A stretch of 64,000 bases of DNA, taken from Reclinomonas americana ATCC 50394. Taxonomy: Eukaryota. Shown here piece after piece: positions 48,133-57,562 of the stretch. The stretch's first letter is position 1; every line of letters starts with the position of its first letter. A program made the position numbers and the translations under genes. A model generated the notes under the pieces. That model was not told where the DNA came from. It saw only the letters and a list, made by a program, of their open reading frames with translations, and ran no database searches. Location: assembly GCA_048213135.1 (NCBI GenBank), contig PS015009.1, positions 1,798,001 through 1,862,000 of the forward strand. The letters are read 5' to 3'.

Positions 48133-49431
48133 ATTACTATTACTAACCGCTTTTCACAATACCTGAATCACCCGGCATTCCGGTCGCTGGGTATTTATAC
48201 TTTCACCAACTTTTTTGGAAAAGGCGTAGCCTTCCTGTTACTGCCCTATTTTACCAATGTGCTGAGCAAAAGCGATATGGGGCTGATCAACCTGTTCAGC
48301 AGCGCCATGATATTCCTGATCCCTTTTATCTCCATGGGGGTTCTCCAGTCTGTAAATACCGAATTCTTCAAACTGGATAAGAAAAATTTCAGGAGCCTCT
48401 TCAGCACCAGCCTCATTCTTCCGCTCGCTGTTTTCCTGCTTTCGTTGCTGGCTTTCTGGATTTTCCGGGAAGTACTGATGACACAATATTCCTTTCCTTC
48501 CATTTTTATATGGCTGATACCAGTCGTTACCTTTCTTTCCTTTATCAGCCAGCACGCGATGAACCTGATCAGGAATGAAGAGCGGCCCAACCTGTTTATG
48601 GGCGTTGTGCTGGGAAGGCTGTTTATCGAGATCGGTCTTGCCGTAGGGCTGATCAGCCTGGCAGGATGGGCATGGGAAGGACGTATTACCGGCATCGCGG
48701 TATCCTACATGGTGTTTGGTTTATACGCTTTCTGGTACTTTAATAAAAAACAATATCTTTTCGGGCAGATCAGGAAAGAGATACTGAAAGATGAACTCCT
48801 GTTCAGTGTACCCATCATACTCATGCAGTTCAGCACCTTTTGCATGAACTATTCCGACAGTTTTTTTCTTTCCCATTTTACTTCCGATAACAACGCTGAA
48901 GTGGGCGTGTACAGTATCGCCTGCGTTTTTGCTTCCATCATCATTACCCTCAGTTCAGCGCTGCTGCAGTATGTTCATCCCCGCATATTCCGCCTGCTTT
49001 CGGAATCCGTCATCAATTATCGTGCTATCAGGAAACATTTTTTGCTGTATATAGGGGTCATGACAGGCGGGTTGATACTGTTGCTGGTATTTGTGCCGTT
49101 GGCTTATTTGTGGGTCATCAATAAGAACTACCGCTCAGGTATGCAGTATTATTACCTGCTTTGTATCGGGTATTACCTCTGGACGATTGCCTATCTCTTC
49201 TTTTCTTTCCTGCTGTATTACAAACAAAAGAAGACGATCATTTTCCTCTCCGTTTCATTTATCGTGATCAGCCTTACCAGCAATTACTTCTTCATCAGCC
49301 GCATGGCGGCCTGGGGAGGTGCTATTTCTGTTTGTGCCAGTTATACTATTGTGCTCATATTAACGTTATGGGTTACCCGCAAACAAATGGGGTTCCTGTT
49401 TGAAAAGACTGAACCTGAAAAGAACCAATAA
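48133..49431 (+). CDS. wzx: Wzx-type flippase; start codon uncertain (probably non-canonical)
   Basis: The first Wzx-like segment SLGIYTFTNFFGKGVAFLLLPYFT lies upstream of the track GTG (48259); frame is open from 48130; also SDSFFL, EVGVYSIA. Confidence 0.78.
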   Translation: MTITNRFSQYLNHPAFRSLGIYTFTNFFGKGVAFLLLPYFTNVLSKSDMGLINLFSSAMIFLIPFISMGVLQSVNTEFFKLDKKNFRSLFSTSLILPLAVFLLSLLAFWIFREVLMTQYSFPSIFIWLIPVVTFLSFISQHAMNLIRNEERPNLFMGVVLGRLFIEIGLAVGLISLAGWAWEGRITGIAVSYMVFGLYAFWYFNKKQYLFGQIRKEILKDELLFSVPIILMQFSTFCMNYSDSFFLSHFTSDNNAEVGVYSIACVFASIIITLSSALLQYVHPRIFRLLSESVINYRAIRKHFLLYIGVMTGGLILLLVFVPLAYLWVINKNYRSGMQYYYLLCIGYYLWTIAYLFFSFLLYYKQKKTIIFLSVSFIVISLTSNYFFISRMAAWGGAISVCASYTIVLILTLWVTRKQMGFLFEKTEPEKNQ

Positions 49432-49434
49432 CCA

Positions 49435-50505
49435 ATGGAAAAAAAGACCATACTGCATGTGATCGACTATATGGGAAGAGGCGGCGCCGAAACCATGCTG
49501 GTAAAGGTGTTGCGGGAATTGAAGGAATACCACAATATTGTGGTTACTGTAAATGAGCAGAATAATTTCGGAGATGATTTTTCCTGTGATGAGTACCACT
49601 GCCTTAAAATGGGGTCGTTCCGCAATTTCCCGTTGGCGGCATGGCGACTGAGGAAATACCTCAAAGGAAAAAAGATTGACGCTGTACATTCACACCTGTT
49701 GCTGTCTACCCTCGTAGCCAGGCTGGGTGTGCCACGCGGTACCCCGTTCATCACCACTATTCATACCAACGTTGAAAAATCGAATGATTACCGTAAATGG
49801 TATCTCCGTTTCCTTGAAAAGTTTACCTACCGCCTGCACAGGAATATTATTATAGGGGTATCACAATCGGTGCTGGAAGGGTATTTCAGGTTCCTGGGGC
49901 ATAAGCCGTACAAAAGTTACCTGCTGTATACCTTTGTTGACCTGAAGGAGTTCAGCGGCCCGGGTGCCGTAACCCGCAGCCGGCCTGTTCCGTTCCGGCT
50001 GATAGCGGTAGGCGCCCTGCGTCATCCCAAAAACCAGCAGTACCTGGTAAAAGCATTTGAAAAACTGGACAGGGAGCGGTTTGAACTGCATATTTATGGT
50101 ACAGGCGTGCAGGAAGCGGAACTGGGTGCCCTGGTAGCCGATACCGGTGTTAACGTGATCATGAAAGGTGAAGTCAGGGGTATCAGCCAACTGTTGCCGC
50201 AATATGATGCTTATGTGATGCCTTCTTTTTATGAAGGTTTCTCTTTAAGTGTGCTGGAAGCTATGGCGATGCGCATGCCTATGCTGCTGAGTGATATTCC
50301 GTCCTTCAGGGAGCAATGTGCAGACACGGCGTTATATTTTGATCTTAACGATACCAGTAGTTTCATTGGAAAACTGCAGCAACTGGCAGGCGATGATGAC
50401 CTGAGGGATCAGTTGGGCGCAGCTGCCCGGCAAAGAGCGGAGACCAATTTTTCACTCGACCATCATATGGCCGGGCTAAGGAAAATTTACCAGGAAAATT
50501 TCTGA
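49435..50505 (+). CDS. Glycosyltransferase family 4
   Basis: GGAE, VGALRHPKN, PSFYEGFSLSVLEAM. Confidence 0.9.
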   Translation: MEKKTILHVIDYMGRGGAETMLVKVLRELKEYHNIVVTVNEQNNFGDDFSCDEYHCLKMGSFRNFPLAAWRLRKYLKGKKIDAVHSHLLLSTLVARLGVPRGTPFITTIHTNVEKSNDYRKWYLRFLEKFTYRLHRNIIIGVSQSVLEGYFRFLGHKPYKSYLLYTFVDLKEFSGPGAVTRSRPVPFRLIAVGALRHPKNQQYLVKAFEKLDRERFELHIYGTGVQEAELGALVADTGVNVIMKGEVRGISQLLPQYDAYVMPSFYEGFSLSVLEAMAMRMPMLLSDIPSFREQCADTALYFDLNDTSSFIGKLQQLAGDDDLRDQLGAAARQRAETNFSLDHHMAGLRKIYQENF

Positions 50506-50524
50506 CGAAAAACGAACAGGGAAC

Positions 50525-51760
50525 ATGCAAACCAGGCATATACTTTTTATTTCTTATGATGGCATGACCGACCCGCTCGGGCAAAGCCAGGTAATACCCT
50601 ACCTGGCGGGGCTCACAAAAGAAGGGTACACCTTTACGGTTATGAGTTGCGATAAACCGGAAAAATACCGGTCGCATAAGGCGTATGTCGAAAAACTGAT
50701 TGAACCCTATCCCATCCGGTGGATATCGCTTCCTTATCATAAAAGGCCGCCGGTATTGTCATCGGTATATGATTTCTGGCAACTGAAAAAAGCCGCCCGC
50801 CGGCTGCACCGCGAACACCCGGTAGACATGGTGCATACCCGCCCCGGCGTACCGCAACTGGTAGCATTATATCTTAAAAAGAAATTCGGGATCAGGTTTA
50901 TGAACGATATCCGCGGCTTCTGGGCAGATGAAAGGGTGGATGGCGGTATGTGGAATCTTTCCAACCCGCTTTATAAGACCGTTTACAATTTCTTTAAAAG
51001 AAAAGAGGACGATTGCATCCGTGTGGCCGATTACAACACCTGCCTTACCTACAAAGCACAGGAAGAAATAGGAAAATGGGATCATCTTCCCCAACCCGTT
51101 AAGGTTGATGTGGTGCCCTGCAGTGTGGACCTGGAGCTGTTCAACCCCGCTGCGGTTGACCCATTATTAAAAGAACGGTTTGCCGCGGAACTGGGCATTG
51201 CCAAAGATGATTTTGTGATCAGCTACCTCGGGTCTATTGGTGGATGGTATATGACAAAGGAAATGATGCAGTTTGCCGCTATCCTCTTGCAGAAAATGCC
51301 GCATGCCCGGTTCCTGTTCATCTCCAATAATAATCATGAAGATATCCTGGCAGCAGCAAAACAGTTCGGTATACCGGCGGACAGGATCATCGTGAAATTC
51401 GGGAAAAGGCATGAAGTGCCGGTCCTGCTGTCTTTCAGCAGCTTTTCATTGTTTTTCATCAAGCCCTGTTATTCTAAACTGTCTTCGTCGCCAACCAAGC
51501 ACGGGGAGATCATGGCCATGGGCATACCGGTGATCGCCAACAGCGGTGTGGGCGATGTAAAGGAGATCATAGAAAAATACAAAGCCGGTTATGTGCTGGA
51601 TGGTTTCGGTGAAACGGAAATGCAGGCCGTGGCAGAGAGCATCAGCAGGGGAGAGCAACAATTCGATCCTGTTGCTATCCGTGAAGGAGCAAAGGATTTT
51701 TACAACCTGGAGAAGACGCTGGAAGTGTACGCTTCGGTTTATAAGAAATGCTTTGTTTAA
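50525..51760 (+). CDS. Glycosyltransferase family 4
   Basis: SYDGMTDPLGQSQVIPYL, DIRGFWADER, SPTKHGEIMAMGIPV. Confidence 0.85.
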   Translation: MQTRHILFISYDGMTDPLGQSQVIPYLAGLTKEGYTFTVMSCDKPEKYRSHKAYVEKLIEPYPIRWISLPYHKRPPVLSSVYDFWQLKKAARRLHREHPVDMVHTRPGVPQLVALYLKKKFGIRFMNDIRGFWADERVDGGMWNLSNPLYKTVYNFFKRKEDDCIRVADYNTCLTYKAQEEIGKWDHLPQPVKVDVVPCSVDLELFNPAAVDPLLKERFAAELGIAKDDFVISYLGSIGGWYMTKEMMQFAAILLQKMPHARFLFISNNNHEDILAAAKQFGIPADRIIVKFGKRHEVPVLLSFSSFSLFFIKPCYSKLSSSPTKHGEIMAMGIPVIANSGVGDVKEIIEKYKAGYVLDGFGETEMQAVAESISRGEQQFDPVAIREGAKDFYNLEKTLEVYASVYKKCFV

Positions 51761-51873
51761 TGTGCGGATGAGTGAATGTGCAAATACGTGAATATGCGAA
51801 TGGGCAAATGCAAACACATGCCGGATAAAAAGCAGTTAAGCTGAAGAAATTTTCACATTCGCATATTTGCAAA
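51760..51873. repeat. Octamer tandem repeat with an inverted copy (hairpin-forming)
   Basis: atgtgcgg-atgagtga-atgtgcaa-atacgtga-atatgcga-atgggcaa (51760-51807); aatatgcgaatg (51791-51802) pairs perfectly with cattcgcatatt (51856-51867). Confidence 0.65.
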
Positions 51874-51924
51874 TTTTCTTATTTCGGTACCACATAGACC
51901 CACTTTAATTTTGATAAAACAGCT

Positions 51925-53079
51925 ATGAAAAAATATTTAATTATCGGTTCCGGCTTCTCCGGCGCAGTGCTGGCTAACCGGCTGGTAACACAATCAGATT
52001 GCAGCATTGATATCTGGGACGAACGTGATCATATTGGCGGTAACTGCCATACCCAAAGGGATGAAAAGACCGGCATTATGGTGCACCAGTATGGTCCGCA
52101 TATTTTTAATACCGACAAAAAAGAGATATGGGATTTTGTGAACAGTTTCACAGAATTCAGGCCCTATGTGCACCGGGTAAAGGCCATGAGCAACGGCAAA
52201 GTATATTCGCTGCCGGTGAATCTTCATACCATTAACCAGTTGTTTGGTAAATCATTTACACCAGACGAAGCCCGGGCTTTTCTGGAAACACTCGCCGACA
52301 CCTCCATTTCCGATCCGCAGAATTTTGAAGAGCAGGCTTTGCGTTTCATTGGCAGGGAACTGTACAACGCTTTTTTTTATGGGTATACCAAAAAGCAATG
52401 GGGTTGCGAACCCACCGAGCTGCCGGCATCGATCCTGAAAAGGATACCTGTAAGGTTCAACTATGACGACAACTACCACAATAACCTGTTTACCGGCATA
52501 CCCGTGGAAGGTTATTCCGCGTTGATCGGTAAAATGATGGATCATCCCTCCATACAGGTCACCCTCGGAAAAAAATTCAACAGCCATATGGATGTATCGG
52601 CTTATGACCATGTATTTTATACCGGCCCGGTTGACGCTTACTTTGACTTTGTACACGGGCGCCTGGGCTATCGCACCGTAACTTTTGAAACCCATTACGC
52701 CAATGGCGATTACCAGGGCGTTACGCAAATGAACTTCTGCGATGCGGAAGTGCCTTACACACGCATCACCGAGCACAAACATTTTACCAACTGGGAACAG
52801 CACGACCAAACCATCTATTTCAAGGAATTCAGTAAAGAGACCACTCCCGACGATATACCATATTATCCCAAACGGCTGGCGCAGGATAAAGAATTGCTGA
52901 TGAAATACCGGGCCGACGCTGAAGCACTGCAAGGAGTGTCTTTCCTGGGGCGCCTGGCTACTTACCGGTATATGGATATGCACCATGTAATTGGTGAAGC
53001 GCTCGATTATGCAACAAGATTCCTTCAGTCACAATCTTCAGGAGAAAAGCCGCCGGTTTTTCCCAATACTGAACAATAG
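51925..53079 (+). CDS. glf: UDP-galactopyranose mutase
   Basis: IGSGFSG, HIGGNC, HQYGPHIFNT, YTKKQWG, GRLATYRYMDM. Confidence 0.95.
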   Translation: MKKYLIIGSGFSGAVLANRLVTQSDCSIDIWDERDHIGGNCHTQRDEKTGIMVHQYGPHIFNTDKKEIWDFVNSFTEFRPYVHRVKAMSNGKVYSLPVNLHTINQLFGKSFTPDEARAFLETLADTSISDPQNFEEQALRFIGRELYNAFFYGYTKKQWGCEPTELPASILKRIPVRFNYDDNYHNNLFTGIPVEGYSALIGKMMDHPSIQVTLGKKFNSHMDVSAYDHVFYTGPVDAYFDFVHGRLGYRTVTFETHYANGDYQGVTQMNFCDAEVPYTRITEHKHFTNWEQHDQTIYFKEFSKETTPDDIPYYPKRLAQDKELLMKYRADAEALQGVSFLGRLATYRYMDMHHVIGEALDYATRFLQSQSSGEKPPVFPNTEQ

Positions 53080-53084
53080 CACCC

Positions 53085-53092
53085 TATATTTG
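53085..53092 (+). promoter_or_regulatory. Bacteroidota -7 promoter element
   Basis: TATATTTG upstream of the deacetylase gene. Confidence 0.55.
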
Positions 53093-53166
53093 CAGGCAAA
53101 CGGTAGATGCCGGGAAAGAGACCTTGTGTATTTACGCGACGACATTTCCCGGGCTTAAGAAACTTT

Positions 53167-54159
53167 ATGACTGAACAGAAGGAAACCGGCAACTTTGTAA
53201 TATCCCTTGATTTCGAGATTTACTGGGGCGTGTGGGATGTGGTGTCTCTGGATCAATACCGGGAGCACCTGCTTGGCGTACGTAAAGTGATCCCCTCGCT
53301 GCTTGATCTCTTTGGCCGCTATCATATACAGGCCACATTCGCCACCGTAGGTTTTCTGTTCTTTGAGAACAGGAAAGCGTTGCTGGAAGCACTGCCGGCG
53401 CTGCAGCCGCAATATGACAACCCGGATATCTCCCCGTATAAAAATCAAATGGATAAAGTGGGCGAAAATGAAGCCGGCGATCCCTTCCACTTTGCGGGTT
53501 CACTGATCCGCATGATACAATCGGCAGGACAGGAAGTAGCCTGCCATACCTTTTCCCATTATTATTGCCTGGAAACGGGACAAACTATCAATGACTTCCG
53601 TGCCGATCTGCAGGCCGCCAAACATATTGCAGAAAAATGGGGTATTGAACTGAAAAGTTTTGTCTTTCCCCGCAACCAGTATAACGAGGCCTACCTGAAA
53701 GTATGCCATGAAGAAGGGATCACTTCTTTCAGGGGTAATGAGGTGTCGTGGATATATACGGCTAAAACAACAGAAGGAGAAACCTACCTGCGGCGCGGCG
53801 CCCGACTGCTGGATGCTTACATCAACCTGAGCGGGCATCACTGCTATTCTTATGGGTATATGAAAAGTGCCGTTCCGTTCAATATCCCGTCCAGCCGCTT
53901 CCTGAGGCCTTATTCAGGAAAGTTTTCCCCTCTGGAATGGCTCAGGCTGCGCCGCATAAAAAAGGGGATGACGCACGCCGCCAAACACGGACTTACCTAT
54001 CACCTCTGGTGGCACCCGCATAACTTCGGCATCAACCTGGAACAGAACATCGCATTCCTCGAAAAAATATTGATACATTACCAATACCTTTCACAACGAT
54101 ACGGTTTCCGCAATGCCAGTATGCAACAGCTGGCTAATATTTTAAGTCAGCACCCATGA
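53167..54159 (+). CDS. Polysaccharide deacetylase (CE4/NodB-like)
   Basis: ISLDFE, ATFATVG, EVACHTFSH, SFVFPRN, HLWWHPHNFG; ATG 53167. Confidence 0.85.
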   Translation: MTEQKETGNFVISLDFEIYWGVWDVVSLDQYREHLLGVRKVIPSLLDLFGRYHIQATFATVGFLFFENRKALLEALPALQPQYDNPDISPYKNQMDKVGENEAGDPFHFAGSLIRMIQSAGQEVACHTFSHYYCLETGQTINDFRADLQAAKHIAEKWGIELKSFVFPRNQYNEAYLKVCHEEGITSFRGNEVSWIYTAKTTEGETYLRRGARLLDAYINLSGHHCYSYGYMKSAVPFNIPSSRFLRPYSGKFSPLEWLRLRRIKKGMTHAAKHGLTYHLWWHPHNFGINLEQNIAFLEKILIHYQYLSQRYGFRNASMQQLANILSQHP

Positions 54160-54926
54160 GTCAGCCACGCATCGTTTTACTGGCGGGAGACGGAGATTCC
54201 ACCCGTATCCTTTATCACGAACTGGTAAAAGAGTTTACTATTGACCGGGTAATACTGGAAGCGCCGGTACCTAAAAAACAATTCCTAAAAAAGCGGATCA
54301 AAAAACTCGGATGGGCAAAAGTATCTGCGCAGGTACTTTTCCAGGCTACGGTTGTTCCATTGCTTTCCAGGTTTTCCGCACGCCGGAGGAAAGAAATACT
54401 GGAACAACATCATCTTGATGACAGCCCCATTCCCGGGAATGTCATCACCCACGTAACCTCCGTTAATGATGATGCCTGTATGGCCCTGCTGCAGCAATTG
54501 CAGCCCGGCATTGTGGTGGTGAACGGTACCCGCATTATCGCTTCACGAATCCTGAAATCAGTTGATGCCCGGTTTGTGAACACCCATGCCGGCATCACAC
54601 CCAAATACAGGGGTGTGCATGGCGCATACTGGGCGCTTGTGAACAACGATCGGGAACACTGCGGGGTAACAGTGCACCTCGTTGATCCGGGAATAGACAC
54701 CGGTGCGGTTATATACCAGCAAATAGTACAACCTTCATCTGCTGATAATTTTACCACCTACCCCCTTCTCCAGCTGGCTGCAGGCATACCGCTCATGAAA
54801 AAAGCGATAGCCGATATTATTTCCGGTCATCTTCAACTGGTTGCAGGTACTGCGGAAAGCCATCTCTGGTCGCATCCCGGTATCTTTCAATACCTCTTTA
54901 ACCGCTGGTTCCGAGGGAAAAAATAA
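54156..54926 (+). CDS. Formyltransferase (GART/Fmt N-terminal domain)
   Basis: NTH (NxH), PKYRG, GVTVHLVDPGIDTG. Confidence 0.88.
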   Translation: MSQPRIVLLAGDGDSTRILYHELVKEFTIDRVILEAPVPKKQFLKKRIKKLGWAKVSAQVLFQATVVPLLSRFSARRRKEILEQHHLDDSPIPGNVITHVTSVNDDACMALLQQLQPGIVVVNGTRIIASRILKSVDARFVNTHAGITPKYRGVHGAYWALVNNDREHCGVTVHLVDPGIDTGAVIYQQIVQPSSADNFTTYPLLQLAAGIPLMKKAIADIISGHLQLVAGTAESHLWSHPGIFQYLFNRWFRGKK

Positions 54927-55079
54927 GCCCCCAACTCCTTCGTACAATTACGGTACCACAGCGGGAACTACCTGACTTTCAGACCCTGCGGAAAAAATCT
55001 TCCAAAAAATACAATAAGCGGATTCTCACTCCGTTATACTACTGTCCAATTATTCTATTTAAAATCTAATACCATTCCT

Positions 55080-56078
55080 ATGGAAAAGGCAATTGCCGTG
55101 GTTGTTACGTACAACCGCCAGGCACTCCTTTCTGAATGCATTGATGCATTACGCAAACAAACCCGCCGGTTAGATGCGATCCTTGTTGTAAACAATGGCA
55201 GCACAGACAATACCGAGCAGTGGTTACAGCAGCAACCCGACCTGTTCTTCGTTACACAAAAAAATGTGGGATCAAGCGGCGGCTTCAGCACAGCCATCAA
55301 CTGGGCCTACCAGCACGGTTATTCGTGGATATGGTGCATGGACGATGACGGCTATCCCAAAGAAGACGCCCTGGAAAACCTGCTGGCAGCCGATGATGGC
55401 AGTCTCAGGCTCATGAACTGCGCCGTGATCGATAAAGAGAATAAAAAATCGTTTGTGTGGAAAACACAGCATTATACTTCTCTCGACCAGGTAGACTGTA
55501 AGATCATCGAAGGTATCGGCCATCCTTTCAATGGAACGCTGCTTCACCGCAGGATCGTGGAAAGAGTGGGCGTACCCAGGCCCAAATATTTTTTATGGGG
55601 CGATGAAACGGAGTATTATTACCGTATTGTAAAACAGAACAGCATACCGGTTTGCACCGTGGCCGACAGCATTCATTATCATCCTTCCACGGCCTTCTCC
55701 ATTAAACAGGATTGGGATTATACCACTGCGTGGAAAATGTATTATTATGTACGCAACCGTTTCCATGTTCATCGCGTAAAGTTCAATAATAAAGCAGTGG
55801 CCCTGCTCAACTATTGCTGTTTCCTGGTAGCTTTCGCGGGTGTAGTATTGCTGTTCCAGAAAACCAACAAAATGAAAAAGCTGGGCTTCATCATGTGGCC
55901 TGCCGTGGACGCGTTCAGGAATAATTTTGATGCGACGCCACCTACGATCCTGTCAAAACTGAAAACACGATCAACCGCGTCATTGCCCGCGATTATTAAT
56001 AATTATGCGAAGAATATAGGTGCCGCGCTGATCACCCCATTTGTACCACAGCGAAGGGGTACAGCCAATGCGGCTTAA
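55080..56078 (+). CDS. Glycosyltransferase family 2 (GlfT1/rhamnosyltransferase-like)
   Basis: AVVVTYNR, NVGSSGGF, WCMDDD, WGDETEY, YYYVRN. Confidence 0.88.
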   Translation: MEKAIAVVVTYNRQALLSECIDALRKQTRRLDAILVVNNGSTDNTEQWLQQQPDLFFVTQKNVGSSGGFSTAINWAYQHGYSWIWCMDDDGYPKEDALENLLAADDGSLRLMNCAVIDKENKKSFVWKTQHYTSLDQVDCKIIEGIGHPFNGTLLHRRIVERVGVPRPKYFLWGDETEYYYRIVKQNSIPVCTVADSIHYHPSTAFSIKQDWDYTTAWKMYYYVRNRFHVHRVKFNNKAVALLNYCCFLVAFAGVVLLFQKTNKMKKLGFIMWPAVDAFRNNFDATPPTILSKLKTRSTASLPAIINNYAKNIGAALITPFVPQRRGTANAA

Positions 56079-56097
56079 TTAAGCGATATCTCTAAAA

Positions 56098-57441
56098 TCA
56101 TACAGGCAGTCCTGCAGCAGCGGGACTGCTTTTTTGTTGCCGGTACCTGTCCAGGATCAGGAAAAGTGCGATCACGTAAAACGGAACGCAGGGGATTTTG
56201 TACCTTACCAGTGTGCCGAAATTAGGTGTGGTGGCGCCCACAAAAAGAGCGAAGAGCAGCGAAAAGAGGATACAATAAAGTATAGTGGGATCTTTTAATA
56301 TCGACGAGACAAAATTCCGCGGCCCGACCTTGAAAAACACGAACAGCGTAAAGATCATGATCGCCAGACTTTCCAGCGAAGAAAGCAGTGTTGACAGTTT
56401 CCTCGACTCCCAGATAAACGGCCGGTAAAATGTAGCGATGATCGCAGCGGGGGCGACTTTTAATAAACTCACAATCGATCCGTCAAATTCAACGCCCAGT
56501 GAAAAACTCGATTCGCCACCGCCGGTCTTGGTTTCATCGCGGTAACTCGATCGTTGCTTCTTGATCTGGTCGGTAATACCGTCTGCCGCGTAACTGCCCA
56601 GTTCATCCTGGAACTTTTTCATTACCTGCTGCCCGGCAAAAATACTCCCGAAAATAAGTGCGGGCCCCAGCAGCCATTTCAGCGCTTTGCTTTTTACCAG
56701 GTTCACATTCTTCAGTATAAGGAACAGGATAAGGAAAGGGACATAGGAAATGAGGATGTACACTTTCAGTATGGCCAGCAACCAGCCAAAGAAGCCAATG
56801 ATGACCAGGTTCTTCATCAGGTCTTTCTTTTTATAAAAGCCTTCGTAAAAAGCGTAAGTGATCCATCCCATGGAACTGATGCAAAGCGGATCTTTCAAAA
56901 TACCTGAACTCCAGAACACGAAAGTGGGCATATACAGGATGGCGATGGCCAGTTTCTTATGCAGGTGAGGATACAGTTCATAAAAGAAACGGTACAGCCG
57001 CCATACACCCGAAAAAGCGATCATGGAAAAGAACAGGTTGGTGATAAGGTACCGGCCCAGGGTAACAAAAGACAGCATGGCGGTAACACGGGCTACCATA
57101 TAGTTGTTCTCCGCCCTGAAATACCCCTGGTTATAAGGGTTCCTGAGCAGAGTCTGGTCAAAGTCGGGGCCGGGAAGGTAGAGCCACCGCAGGTGATAGC
57201 TGTTTTTGAGGATGAGGTGGTAAATATTCACCCCTTCGGTATAATACAATACGGTGGAGTCGCCAATGGAAATATAGGCATTGAAAAATGTGAACGGGAT
57301 CACCGCGAACACTTTGATCCAGAATGCCTGCTTATGATAGAATTTCAGCAGCGGGTCATCTATCTTCTTTCTCCTGGCACTGAAAAGGAAATAAAAAAAA
57401 GCGACATAAACAGGAAACAGTATAAAGTCGAGTAAACCCAT
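56098..57441 (-). CDS. Polytopic membrane protein, GT-C / Wzy-like
   Basis: GDS, FWSSGILKD, RPFIWE, NFGTLVRY; paralog of 44675-46012. Confidence 0.6.
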   Translation of the reverse strand: MGLLDFILFPVYVAFFYFLFSARRKKIDDPLLKFYHKQAFWIKVFAVIPFTFFNAYISIGDSTVLYYTEGVNIYHLILKNSYHLRWLYLPGPDFDQTLLRNPYNQGYFRAENNYMVARVTAMLSFVTLGRYLITNLFFSMIAFSGVWRLYRFFYELYPHLHKKLAIAILYMPTFVFWSSGILKDPLCISSMGWITYAFYEGFYKKKDLMKNLVIIGFFGWLLAILKVYILISYVPFLILFLILKNVNLVKSKALKWLLGPALIFGSIFAGQQVMKKFQDELGSYAADGITDQIKKQRSSYRDETKTGGGESSFSLGVEFDGSIVSLLKVAPAAIIATFYRPFIWESRKLSTLLSSLESLAIMIFTLFVFFKVGPRNFVSSILKDPTILYCILFSLLFALFVGATTPNFGTLVRYKIPCVPFYVIALFLILDRYRQQKSSPAAAGLPV

Positions 57442-57476
57442 TAGCAGACGAATTAGGCTTGGGATGACAGCCGCAC

Positions 57477-57529
57477 CAAATTTATCCCAAAATTGAATTT
57501 GTCTTTCAATAATATGCAGTTATTTTTGG
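57477..57529. promoter_or_regulatory. Divergent pair of -7 promoter elements
   Basis: TAAATTTG on minus (57477-57484) and TATTTTTG on plus (57522-57529). Confidence 0.5.
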
Positions 57530-57562
57530 CACGATAAATAAAAGTGCTCACAGCGGCCCCCA

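Noticed and set aside
51760-51873. CRISPR array
   Set aside because: Units are degenerate 8-mers without spacers; no cas genes
57528-57545. Sigma-54 promoter at TGGCACG upstream of 57563
   Set aside because: No GC at the -12 position; the overlapping TATTTTTG explains the site better
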